A DNA stretch of 64,000 nucleotides from Balanoglossus misakiensis (taxonomy: Eukaryota; Animalia; Hemichordata): NCBI GenBank assembly GCA_040954595.2, contig CM082582.2:2216303-2280302 (forward strand), written 5' to 3'. Each line of letters begins with the position of its first letter. Position 1 is the first letter of the stretch. The position numbers were made by a program, and so were the translations under genes. The notes below the pieces were generated by a model, which saw nothing but the letters and a program-made list of their open reading frames with translations, made no database searches and was not told the DNA's origin. Below are positions 41,801-55,085 of this stretch, piece after piece.

Positions 41801-44644
41801 CAAATTTGGCATGCAGGTAGACTACCTTCTACCCATCATTTTTGTAATTGGAAATTTTGCTGTCAATGTTGCAGTTTTTTTGCTACAATTTTTTTTCTGA
41901 AATCTGGCTTAAATTTCAAAAATCTTCTTCTCCAGAACCGGTGATAACCGAGACACGGGGTTTGGGGTATGTGGTCACCTAACTGATGTCTATCAAGTTT
42001 GCGAAGATCATTGTGATTGGTCGAAGATTATGGCGGCCATATTGGATTTTCGAAAAACCATAGTTAAAATCCAAAAATCTTCTTCTCCAGAACTGGAGAT
42101 GACTGAGTTGCAAGATTCGGGGAGTATGGTCACTACACTGATGTCTATCAAGTTTGCAAAGAACATTGTGATTGGTCGAAGATTATGGCGGCCATATTGG
42201 ATTTTGTAAAAAGCAGTGAAAAATTGAAATTCCTTTTTCTAGTCTAAAAATTGATAGCATACAAATTCTTTTTATGGACATCAATCGTCATGTGACTAAA
42301 ATATTATACAATTTTTTGGCGATTTTTCACATGACCTTTGACCTACTTATCACGCATTATTATTTCTGCATATCTAATTCCAGGCTAACCTATAGGGCTA
42401 GACGTTTGGTTTTTGATGAATTTGGATTAGTGTGTGATCAAAATATTTTGCTACTTTTCATGACCCCTTTGACCTCAGCTGACCTCATTAATTATGTGCA
42501 TAGCTAATTACACGCGAACCAATAGAGCTAGAGGTTTGGTTTTTGTTGGACATGGACCAGTATGGGATCAAAATTTTTTGCCCAAATGTTGGGTGACCTC
42601 TGGTGACCTTTGACCTACTTTCGCATATCTCAGCATCCAGAGCAGATACAGCCATGGCATTTGGTAGGATGGGTCCAAAATGTAAAGCCACATTTTTGGG
42701 TCACCTGTAACATCTGCTGACCTCATTAAATATGCACATACCTAATTACAGGCGAACCAATAGAGCTAGAGTTTTGGTTTTTGTTGGACATGGTACAGTA
42801 TTGGTCAATAAATTTTGCCCAAATGTTGGGTGACCTCAGGTGACCTTTGACCTACTTTACTCTATTTCAGCAGGAAAAATACATATGTCCTTGTTATGTC
42901 ATGAGATAAAACACCTGATAGAGCATTCTGTTTCTTCTCATTCATACTGTGCATATATAATACCGGATCAGCGCTTGGGCCCGACAATGCTGCTTGCAGC
43001 TTTAATCTTTCTTTCTTTCTTTATTCTTGTGTCAATTCTTTGGGCAACGAGATCTCAGACACCGCTGCAGGTACACTTCTCAAACTTGCTACAGTGGTCA
43101 AGGTCAATGAGTAGATGTGCAGTGACTTGTGAATACTTAATTAGTCACGTGACCTGGCGGCCATATTGGATTTTCTGAAAAAAATCAAATCTCAGATCTC
43201 AGAAACTACAAGTCAGATCGACTTCAAATTTGGCATGCAGGTAGACTACCTTCTACCCATCATTTTTGTAATTGGAAATTTTGCTGTCAATGTTGCAGTT
43301 TTTTTGCTACAATTTTTTTTCTGAAATCTGGCTTAAATTTCAAAAATCTTCTTCTCCATAACCGGTGATAACCGAGACACGGGGTTTGGGGTATGTGGTC
43401 ACCTAACAGATGTCTATCAAGTTTGCGAAGATCATTGTGATTGGTCGAAGATTATGGCGGCCATATTGGATTTTCGAAAAACCATAGTTAAACTCCAAAA
43501 ATCTTCTTCTCCAGAACGGGCGATGACTGAGTCGCAAGATTCGGGGAGTATGGTCACTACACTGATGTCTATCAAGTTTGCAAAGAACATTGTGATTGGT
43601 CGAAGATTATGGCGGCCATATTGGATTTTGTAAAAAGCAGTGAAAAATTGAAATTCCTTTTTCTAGTCTAAAAATTGATAGCATACAAATTCTTTTTATG
43701 GATATCAATCGTCATGTGACTAAAATATGTTACAATTTTTTGGCGATTTTTCACATGACCTTTGACCTACTTATCACGCGTTATTATTTCTGCATATCTA
43801 ATTCCAGGCTAACCTATAGGGCTAGACGTTTGGTTTTTGATGAATGTGGATTAGTGTGTGATCAAAATATTTTGCTACTTTTCATGACCCCTTTGACCTC
43901 TGCTGACCTCATTAATTATGTGCATAGCTAATTACAGGCGAATCAATAGAGCTAGAGGTTTGGTTTTTGTTGGACATGGACCAGTATGGGATCAAAATTT
44001 TTTGCCCAAATGTTGGGTGACCTCTGGTGACCTTTGACCTACTTTCGCGTATCTCAGCATCCAGAGCAGATACAGCCATGGCATTTGGTAGGATGGGACC
44101 ATAATGTAAAGCCACATTTTTTGGGTCACCTGTGACACCTGCTGACCTCATTAAATATGCACATACCTAATTACAGGCGAACCAATAGAGTTAGAGTTTT
44201 GGTTTTGGTTGGACATGGACTAGTATGGGTAAAAAAAAATTGCCCAAATGTTGGGTGACCTTAGGTGACCTTTCACCTACTTCACCCTATTTCAGCAGCA
44301 AAATACACACATCCTTGTTATGCCATGAGATAATACATCCGATAGAAAATTCTGTTTCTTCTCATTCATACTGTGCATATATAATTCAAGATCAGCGCTT
44401 GGGCCCGACAATGCTGCTCGCAGCTTTAATTCTTTCTTTCTTTCTTTATTCTCCTGTCAATTCTTCGGCCAACGAGATCTCTGAAACTACTGCAGGTACA
44501 CTGCTCAAACTTGCTACAGTGGTCAAGGTCAATGAGTAGATGTGCAGTGACTTGTGAATACTTAATTAGTCACGTGACCTGGCGGCCATATTGGATTTTC
44601 TGAAAAAATGCAAATCTCAGATCTCAGAAACTACAAGTCAGATC
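38822..44644 (+). repeat. Near-perfect tandem duplication of a two-element unit, period 2849 bp
   Basis: Seven ORF-track entries recur with identical translation at +2849 (e.g. 38910/41759, 39991/42840, 41376/44225). Confidence 0.93.
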
Positions 44645-45856
44645 AACTTCAAATTTGGCATGCAGGTAGATTACCTTCTGCCGATCATTTTTGTAATCGG
44701 AAATTATGCTGTAAAAGTTGCAGTTTTTTTGCTACAATTTTTTTCCTGAAATCTGGCTTAAATTTCAAAAATCTTCTTCTCCAGAACCAGTGATAACCGA
44801 GTCACGGGGTTTGGGGTATGTGGTCACCTAACTGATGTCTATCAAGTTTGCGAAGATCATTGTGATTGGTCGAAGATTATGGCGGCCATATTGGATTTTC
44901 AAAAAACCATAGTTAAACTCCAAAAATCTTCTTCTCGAGAACGGGCGATGACTGAGTCGCAAGATTCGGGATGTATGGTCACTACACTGATGTCTATCAA
45001 GTTTGCAAAGAGCATTGTGATTGGTCGAAGATTATGGCGGCCATATTGGATTTTGTAAAAAGCAGTGAAAAATTGAAATTCCTTTTTCTAGTCTAAAAAT
45101 TGATAGCATACAAATTCTTTTTATGGATATCAATCGTCATGTGACTTAAATATGGTACAATTTTTTGGCGATTTTTCACATGACCTTTGACCTACTTATC
45201 ACGCGTTATTATTTCTGCATATCTAATTCCAGGCTAACCTATAGGGCTAGACGTTTGGTTTTTGATGAATGTGGATTAGTGTGTGATCAAAATATTTTGC
45301 TACTTTTCATGACCCCTTTGACCTCTGCTGACCTCATTAATTATGTGCATAGCTAATTACAGGCGAACCAATAGAGCTAGAGGTTTGGTTTTTGTTGGAC
45401 ATGGACCAGTATGGGGTCAAAATTTTTTGCCCAAATATTGGGTGACCTCTGGTGACCTTTGACCTACTTTTGCATATCTCAGCATCCAGGGCAAATACAG
45501 CCTTGGCATTTGGCAGGATGAGACCAAAATGTAAAGCCACATTTTTGAGTCACCTGTGACACCTGCTGACCTCATTAAATATGCACATACCTAATTACAG
45601 ACGAACCAATAGAACTAGAGTTTTAGTTTTTGTTGGACATGGAACAGTATGGGTCAATAAATTTTGCCCAAATGTTGGGTGACCTCAGGTGACCTTTGAC
45701 CTACTTTACTCTATTTCAGCAGGAAAAATACATACGTCCTTGTTATGTCATGAGATAAAACACCTGATAGAGCATTCTGTTTCTTCTCATTCATACTGTG
45801 CATATATCATACTGGATCAGCGCTTGGGCCCGACAATGCTGCTTGCAGCTTTAATT

Positions 45857-46110
45857 AGGGCCCAAGCGCTTGCTTGCGCTTGGGCCCTATTGGTTTCGTT
45901 GGGGTTTTTAGGGCCCAAGCGCACGCAAGCGCTTGGGCCCTATTGGTTTCGTTGGAATTTTTAGGGCCCAAGCGCACGCAAGCGCTTGGGCCCTATTGGT
46001 TTCGTTGGAATTTTTCTTTCTTTCCGGCTTTCTTTACGGGCCCAAGCCAAGCCAGGCTTGGGCCCGTATTGGTTTCGTTGGAATTTTACTTTCTTTCTTT
46101 CTTTCTTTCT
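45857..46110 (+). repeat. Stack of four heads
   Basis: Heads at 45857, 45910, 45963 and 46036. The last is a variant, acgggcccaagc...gcttgggcccgt. Confidence 0.95.
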
Positions 46111-49100
46111 TTATTCTTGTGTCAATTCTTTGACCCACGAGATCTCAGACACCGCTGCAGGTACACTTCTGAAACTTGCTACAGTGGTCAAGGTCAATGA
46201 GTAGTCGTGCATTGAACCCTTGAATTTTTAATTAGTCACGTGACCTGGCAGCCATCTTGGATTTTCTAAAAAAATGCAAATCTCAGATCTCAGAAACTAC
46301 AAGTCAGATCGACTTCAAATTTGGCATGCTGGTAGACTACCTTCTGCCCATCATTTTTGTAATTGGAAATTATGCTGACAAAGTTGCAGTTTTTTGCTAC
46401 AATTTTTTTTCTGAAATCTGGCTTAAATTTCAAAAATCTTCTTCTCCAGAACCGGCAATAACCGAGACACAGGGTTTGGTGTATGTGGTCACCTACCTGA
46501 TGTCTATCAAGTTTGCGAAGATCATTGTGATTGGTCGAAGATTTTGGCGGCCATATTGGATTTTCGAAAAACCCTAGTAAAATTTCAAAAATCTTCTTCT
46601 CAAGAACCGGCAATAACTGAGTCACAAGATTTGGTGTGTGTGGTCATTAAACAGATGTCTATCAAGTTTGCTAAGAGGAATGTGATTGGTCGAAGATTAT
46701 GGCGGCCATATTGGAAGTTGTGAAAAACGATTAAAAAGTAAAAATTCCCTTTCTTGCCTAAAAATTGATAGCACAGAAATTCTTTTCAAGGATATGAATC
46801 ATCATATGACAAGAATAAGCTGTAAATATTTTGGTAATTTTGACAATGACCTTTGACCTACTTTTGACGCATCATTTTTCTGCATATCTAATTCCAGGCT
46901 AACCAATAGGGCTATAAGTTTGGTTTTTGATGTATGTGGATTTGTATGTGATCAAAAAAATTTGATACTTTTCATGACCCCTTTGACCTCTGCTGACCTC
47001 ATTAAATATGCACATACCTAATTACAGATGAACCAATAGACATAGAGATTTTGTTTTTGTTATACATGGACCAATATGGGGTCAAAATATTTTGCCCAAA
47101 TGTTGGGTGACCTCGGGTGACCTTTGACCTACTTTTGCATATCTTGACATCCACAGCAGATACAGCCTTGGCGTTTGGAGGTATGGGGCCATAATGAAAA
47201 GCCAAAGTTTTTGGTCACCTGTGACACCTGCTTAACTCATTATTTATGTGCATACCTAATTCCGGGCTAACCAAAAGGGCTAGAGATCTGGTTTTTGTTG
47301 GACTTGGACCACTATGGGTCAAAATTTTCTGCCCAAATTGTGGGTTACCTCTGGGTGACATTTGACCTACTTAACACTATATCAACACCAAACATAGATA
47401 TAAACTTGATATTTCATGGGATAAAACACAGCATTATCTTTCTACTCATTAATTATGTGCATATCTAATAATCAGATCAGATAATAGAGCTTGGGCCCGG
47501 ACAATGCTGCTTGCAGCTTTAATTCTTTCTTTATTCTTGTGTCAATTCTTTGGGCAACGAGATCTCAGACACCGCTGCAGGTACACTTCTCAAACTTGCT
47601 ACAGTGGTCAAGGTCAATGAGTAGATGTGCAGTGACTTGTGAATACTTAATTAGTCACGTGACCTGGCGGCCATATTGGATTTTCTGAAAAAAATCAAAT
47701 CTCAGATCTCAGAAACTACAAGTCAGATCGACTTCAAATTTGGCATGCAGGTAGACTACCTTCTACCCATCATTTTTGTAATTGGAAATTTTGCTGTCAA
47801 TGTTGCAGTTTTTTTGCTACAATTTTTTTTCTGAAATCTAGCTTAAATTTCAAAAATCTTCTTCTCCAGAACCGGTGATAAGCGAGACACAAGGTTTGGG
47901 GTATGTGGTCACCTAACTGATGTCTATCAAGTTTGCGAAGATCATTGTGATTGGTCGGAGATTATGGCGGCCATATTGGATTTTCGAAAAACCATAGTTA
48001 AACTCCAAAAATCTTCTTCTCCAGAACGGGCGATGACTGAGTCGCAAGATTCGGGGAGTATGGTCACTACACTGATGTCTATCAAGTTTGCAAAGAGCAT
48101 TGGTGATTGGTCGAAGATTATGGCGGCCATATTGGATTTTGTAAAAAGCAGTGAAAAATTAAAATTCCTTTTTCTAGTATAAAAATTGATAGCATACAAA
48201 TTCTTTTAATGGATATCATTCGTCATATGACTACAATATGTTACAAATTTTTGGCGATTTTTCACATGACCTTTGACCTACTTTTCACACATTATTATTT
48301 CTGCATATCTAATTCCAGGCTAACCTATAGGGCTAGACGTTTGGTTTTTGATGCATGTGGATTAGTGTGTGATCAAAATATTTTGCTACTTTTCATGACC
48401 CCTTTGACCTCTGCCGACCTCATTAATTATGTGCATAGCTAATTACAGGCGAACCAATACAGCTAGAGGTTTGGTTTTTGTTGAACATGGACCAGTATGG
48501 GGTCAAAATTTTTTGCCCAAATGTTGGGTGACCTCTGGTGACCTTTGACCTACTTTCGCATATCTCAACGTCCAGAGCAGATACAGCCTTGGCATTTGGC
48601 AGGATGGGACCTAAATGTAAAGCCAAATTTTTGGATCACCTGTGACACCTGCTGACCTCATTAAATATGCACATACCTAATTACACGCGAACCAATAGAG
48701 CTAGAGTTTTGGCTTTTGTTGGACATGGCCCAGCATGGGTCAAAAATTTTTGCCCAAATGTTGGTGATCTCAGGTGACCTTTGACCTACTTTACCCTATT
48801 TCAGCCGCAAAAATACACACGTCCTTGTTATGTCATGAGATAATGCACCCGATAGAAAATTCTGTTTCTTCTCATTCATACTGCGCATATATAATTCAAG
48901 ATCAGCGCTTGGGCCCGACAATGCTGCTCGCAGCTTTAATTCTTTCTTTCCGTCTTTCTTTATTCTTGTGTCAATTCTTTGGGCAACGAGATCTCAGACA
49001 CCGCTGCAGGTACACTTCTCAAACTTGCTACAGTGGTCAAGGTCAATGAGTAGATGTGCAGTGACTTGTGAATACTTAATTAGTCACGTGACCTGGCGGC

Positions 49101-52100
49101 CATATTGGATTTTCTGAAAAAATGCAAATCTCAGATCTCAGAAACTACAAGTCAGATCGACTTCAAATTTGGCATGCAGGTAGACTACCTTCTACCCATC
49201 ATTTTTGTAATTGGAAATTTTGCTGTCAATGTTGCAGTTTTTTTGCTACAATTTTTTTTCTGAAATCTGGCTTAAATTTCAAAAATCATCTTCTCCAGAA
49301 CCGGCGATAACCGAGACACGGGGTTTGGGGTATGTGGTCACCTAACTGATGTCTATCAAGTTTGCGAAGATCATTGTGATTGGTCGAAGATTATGGCGGC
49401 CATATTGGATTTTCGAAAAACCATAGTTAAACTCCAAAAATCTTCTTCTCCAGAACGGGCGATGACTGAGTCGCAAGATTCGGGGAGTATGGTCACTACA
49501 CTGATGTCTATCAAGTTTGCAAAGAGCATTGTGATTGGTCGAAGATTATGGCGGCCATATTGGATTTTGTAAAAAGCAGTGAAAAATTGAAATTCCTTTT
49601 TCTAGTCTAAAAATTGATAGCATACAAATTCTTTTGATGGATATCAATCGTCATGTGACTGAAATATGTTACAATTTTTTGGCGATTTTTCACATGACCT
49701 TTGACCTACTTATCAAGCGTTATTATTTCTGCATATCTAATTCCAGGCTAACCTATAGGGCTAGACGTTTGGTTTTTGATGAATGTGGATTAGTGTGTGA
49801 TCAAAATATTTTGCTACGTTTCATGACCCCTTTGACCTCTGCTGACCTCATTAATTATGTGCATAGCTAATTACAGGCGAACCGATAGAGCTAGAGGTTT
49901 GGTTTTTGTTGGACATGGACCAGTATGGGATCAACATTTTTTGCCCAAATGTTGGGTGACCTCTGGTGACCTTTGACCTACTTTCGCATATCTCAGCATC
50001 CAGAGCAGATACAGCCATGGCATTTTGGTAGGATGGGACCAAAATGTAAAGCCACATTTTTGGGTCACCTGTAACACCTGCTGACCTCATTAAATATGCA
50101 CATACCTAATTACAGGCGAACCGATTGAGCTAGAGTTTTGGTTTTTGTTGGACATGGACCAGTATGGGTAAAAAAAAATTGCCCAAATGTTGGGTGACCT
50201 CAGGTGACCTTTGACCTACTTCACCCTATTTCAGCAGCAAAAATACACACATCCTTGTTATGTCATGAGATAATACATTCGATAGAAAATTCTGTTTCTT
50301 CTTATTCATACTGTGCATATATAATTCAAGATCAGCGCTTGGGCCCGACAATGCTGCTCGCAGCTTTAATTCTTTCTTTCTTTCTTTTTTCTTGTGTCAA
50401 TTCTTCGGCCAACTAAATCTCAGAAACTACTGCAGGTACACTGCTCAAACTTGCTACAGTGGTCAAGGTCAATGAGTAGATGTGCAGTGACTTGTGAATA
50501 CGTAATTAGTCACGTGACCTGGCGGCCATATTGGATTTTCTGAAAAAATGCAAATCTCAGATCTCAGAAACTACAAGTCAGATCGACTTCAGATTTGGTG
50601 TGCTGGTAGTGTACCTTCTGCCCATCATTTTTGTAATTGGATATTTTGCTGTCAATGTTGCAGTTTTTTTGCTACAGTTGTTTTTCTGAAATCTGGTCAA
50701 AATTTCAAAAATCTTCTTCTCCAGAACCGGTGATAACCGAGACACGGGGTTTGGGGTATATGGTCACCTAACTGTTGTCTATCAAGTTTGCGAAGATCAT
50801 TGTGATTGGTCGAAGATTATGGCGGCCATATTGGATTTACGAAAAACCATAGTTAAACTCCAAAAATCTTCTTCTCCAGAACGGGCGATGACTGAGTTGC
50901 AAGATTCGGGGAGTATGGTCACTACACTGATGTCTATCAAGTTTGCAAAGAGCATTGTGATTGGTCGAAGATTATGGCGGCCATATTGGATTTTGTAAAA
51001 AGCAGTGAAAATTTGAAATTCCTTTTTCTAGTCTAAAATTTGATAGCATACAAATTATTTTTATGGATATCAATCGTCATGTGACTAAAATATGTTACAA
51101 TTTTTTTGCGATTTTTCACATGACCTTTGACCTACTTATCACGCGTTATTATTTCTGCATATCTAATTCCAGGCTAACCTATAGGGCTAGACGTTTGGTT
51201 TTTGATGAATGTGGATTAGTGTGTGATCAAAATATTTTGCTACTTTTCATGACCCCTTTGACCTCTGCTGACCTCATTAATTATGTGCATAGCTAATTAC
51301 AGGCGAACCAATAGAGCTAGGGGTTTGGTTTTTGTTGGACATGGACCAGTATAGGATCAAAATTTTTTCCCCAAATGTTGGGTGACCTCTGGTGACCTTT
51401 GACCTACTTTCGCATATCTCAGCATCCAGAGCAGATACAGCCATGGCATTTTGGTAGGATGGGACCAAAATGTAAAGCCACATTTTTGGGTCACCTGTAA
51501 CACCTGCTGACCTCATTAAATATGCACATACCTAATTACAGGCGAACCAATAGAGCTAGAGTTTTGGTTTTTGTTGGACATGGACCAGTATGGGTCAAAA
51601 AAAATGCCCAAATGTCGGATGACTTCAGGTGACCTTTGACCTACTTCACCCTATTTCAGCGGCAAAAATATACACATCCTTGTTATGTCATGAGATAATA
51701 CATCCGATAGAAAATTCTGTTTCTTCTCATTCATACTGTGCATATATAATTCAAGATCAGCGCTTGGGCCCGACAATGCTGCTCGCAGCTTTAATTAGGG
51801 CCCAAGCGCACGCAAGCGCTTGGGCCCTATTGGTTTCGTTGGAATTTTTCTTTCTTGCTTGCTTGCTTTCTTTCTTTCTTTAGGGCCCAAGCGCACGCAA
51901 GCGCTTGGGCCCTATTGGTTTCGTTGGAATTTTTCTTTCTTGCTTGCTTTCTTTCTTTCTTTCTTTCTTTATTCTTGTGTCAATTCTTCGGCCAACTAAA
52001 TCTCAGAAACTACTGCAGGTACACTGCTCAAACTTGCCACAGTGGTCAAGGTCAATGAGTAGATGTGCAGTGACTTGTAAATACTTAATTAGTCACGAGA

Positions 52101-54203
52101 CCTGGTGGCCATATTGGATTTTCTGAAAAAAATCAAATCTCAGATCTCAGAAACTACAAGTCAGATCGACTTCAAATTTGGCATGCAGGTAGACTACCTT
52201 CTACCCATCATTTTTGTAATTGGAAATTTTGCTGTCAATGTTGCAGTTTTTTTGCTACAATTTTTTTTCTGAAATCTGGCTTAAATTTCAAAAATCTTCT
52301 TCTCCAGAACCGGTGATAAGCGAGACACAAGGTTTGGGGTATGTGGTCACCTAACTGATGTCTATCAAGTTTGCGAAGATCATTGTGATTGGTCGGAGAT
52401 TATGGCGGCCATATTGGATTTTCGAAAAACCATAGTTAAACTCCAAAAATCTTCTTCTCCAGAACGGGCGATGACTGAGTCGCAAGATTCGGGGAGTATG
52501 GTCACTACACTGATGTCTATCAAGTTTGCAAAGAGCATTGTGATTGGTCGAAGATTATGGCGGCCATATTGGATTTTGTAAAAAGCAGTGAAAAATTAAA
52601 ATTCCTTTTTCTAGTATAAAAATTGATAGCATACAAATTCTTTTAATGGATATCATTCGTCATATGACAACAATATGTTACAAATTTTTGGCGATTTTTC
52701 ACATGACGTTTGACCTACTTTTCACACATTATTATTTCTGCATATCTAATTCCAGGCTAACCTATAGGGCTAGACGTTTGGTTTTTGATGCATGTGGATT
52801 AGTGTGTGATCAAAATATTTTGCTACTTTTCATGACCCCTTTGACCTCTGCCGACCTCATTAATTATGTGCATAGCTAATTACAGGCGAACCAATACAGC
52901 TAGAGGTTTGGTTTTTTTTGAACATGGACCAGTATGGGGTCAAAAATTTTTGCCCAAATGTTGGGTGACCTCTGGTGACCTTTGACCTACTTTCGCATAT
53001 CTCAACGTCCAGAGCAGATACAGCCTTGGCATTTGGCAGGATGGGACCTAAATGTAAAGCCAAATTTTTGGGTCACCTGTGACACCTGCTGACCTCATTA
53101 AATATGCACATACCTAATTACACGCGAACCAATAGAGCTAGAGTTTTGGCTTTTGTTGGACATGGCCCAGCATGGGTCAAAAATTTTTGCCCAAATGTTG
53201 GGTGATCTCAGGTGACCTTTGACCTACTTTACCCTATTTCAGCCGCAAAAATACACACGTCCTTGTTATGTCATGAGATAATACACCCGATAGAAACTGT
53301 TTCTTCTCATTCATACTGCGCATATATAATTCAGGATCAGCGCTTGGGCCCGACAATGCTGCTCGCAGCTTTAATTCTTTCTTTATTCTTGTGTCAATTC
53401 TTCGGCCAACTAAATCTCTGAAACTACTGCAGGTACACTGCTCAAACTTGCTATAGTGGTCAAGGTCTATGAGTAGATGTGCAGTGACTTGTGAATACTT
53501 AATTAGTCACGTGACCTGGCGGCCATATTGGATTTTCTGAAAAAATGCAAATCTCAGATCTCAGAAACTACAAGTCAGATCGACTTCAAATTTGGCATGC
53601 AGGTAGACTACCTTCTACCCATCATTTTTGTAATTGGATATTTTGCTGTAAATGTTGCAGTTTTTTTGCTACAATTTTTTTTCTGAAATCTGGCTTAAAT
53701 TTCAAAAATCTTCTTCTCCAGAACCGGTGATAACCGAGCCACGGGGTTTGGGGTATGTGGTCACCTAACTGATGTCTATCAAGTTTGCGAAGATCATTGT
53801 GATTGGTCGAAGATTATGGCGGCCATATTGGATTTTCGAAAAACCATAGTTAAACTCCAAAAATCTTCTTCTCCAAAACGGGCGATGACTGAGTCGCAAG
53901 ATTCGGGGAGTATGGTCACTACACTGATGTCTATCAAGTTTGCAAAGAGCATTGTGATTGGTCGAAGATTATGGCGGCCATATTGGATTTTGTAAAAAGC
54001 AGTGACAAATTCGCGGGTTCCGAGTTACCGAAACAGGCCACCTTGGCCGCGTGAGGGCGTATCAATGACGTCATTATAAGTACAAAGTGCATGATCTGAT
54101 GGGACCAAAATTCAAAATGGCGGCAGTGCGTGTGTGATCGATCGTGATCAATTCTGCTTGCAACTCCGTACTGGCATTATTTTGACAAAAAGACTTCCTG
54201 AAA

Positions 54204-54365
54204 ATGGTTAATTGGTTTTGTGCGGCTACGGACTGTACTATCAGCTTGCGCAATAAAAGAAACGCCGCAAAATACCCTGGATTGGCAGAGGTGACATTTC
54301 ATGCATTCCCAACTGAGAAACATCGCTGACTTCGGCAGCAGTGGATTTCCGTGTTACGTCGAAAG
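54204..54365 (+). pseudogene. THAP zinc-finger relic (transposase N-terminus)
   Basis: MVNWFCAATDC...(frameshift)...VTFHAFPTEKHR*LRQQWISVLRR has the THAP C-x-C, FP and W pattern. No DDE core was recognised downstream. Confidence 0.7.
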
Positions 54366-55085
54366 GATGCCCACTAGTCGCTTGGTGATTTTTGGAATAT
54401 CAATACTTTGTGTGTGTTTGCGGTGATTTTTTGTTTGTCTTTATTAATAATCTCAATATTGTGTGCGTGCTTGCCTTGAGCGTGTTTCTGGTAGTGAGGC
54501 GAGTTTCGAATTTGAGACTGATCTCATGGTTTCTGGTAGCGCCGCTACGTGTTCCCTACACATACGCGCTCACACTCGCTGACGTTTACTCCACACACAA
54601 AAAAGCAAAGCATTTATAATAGTTACATTTTTAGACATGTCATGAATTTTATTCAGCCAATAAAAATTTAACTGTGGCTGTACATGTGGTGTCTTTTTGA
54701 TTCAAATCTTAGTGCTTTTACAAGAGTTTCACACGTCACTCTACTAGAAGTACCATGAGTGATGACCCTCACTTTTTGTTTCACTTTTGACATTAAAGAG
54801 GGTGTGACTGCAGAGAAGTGTGAAATACAATATATCGTGTAAGGGAATATTGTATGTTAGTTGGTTAGAGAACTGGGGAACTTGGTTTCGGTTAGTAGGT
54901 TAGTTGGTTAATGCAAACATTCCTTGATTCCCTTACAACATATTTTTTATTTGTTGATCTCGCTACAGTCACAACCTCTTTGACATCATAAGTGAAACAA
55001 AAAGTGAGAATCACTTTTTCTCTAAAATAAAAGTAAACAATACTAAGCTATACCATGGTTATCCTTTTCACTATCAATCACAGTC

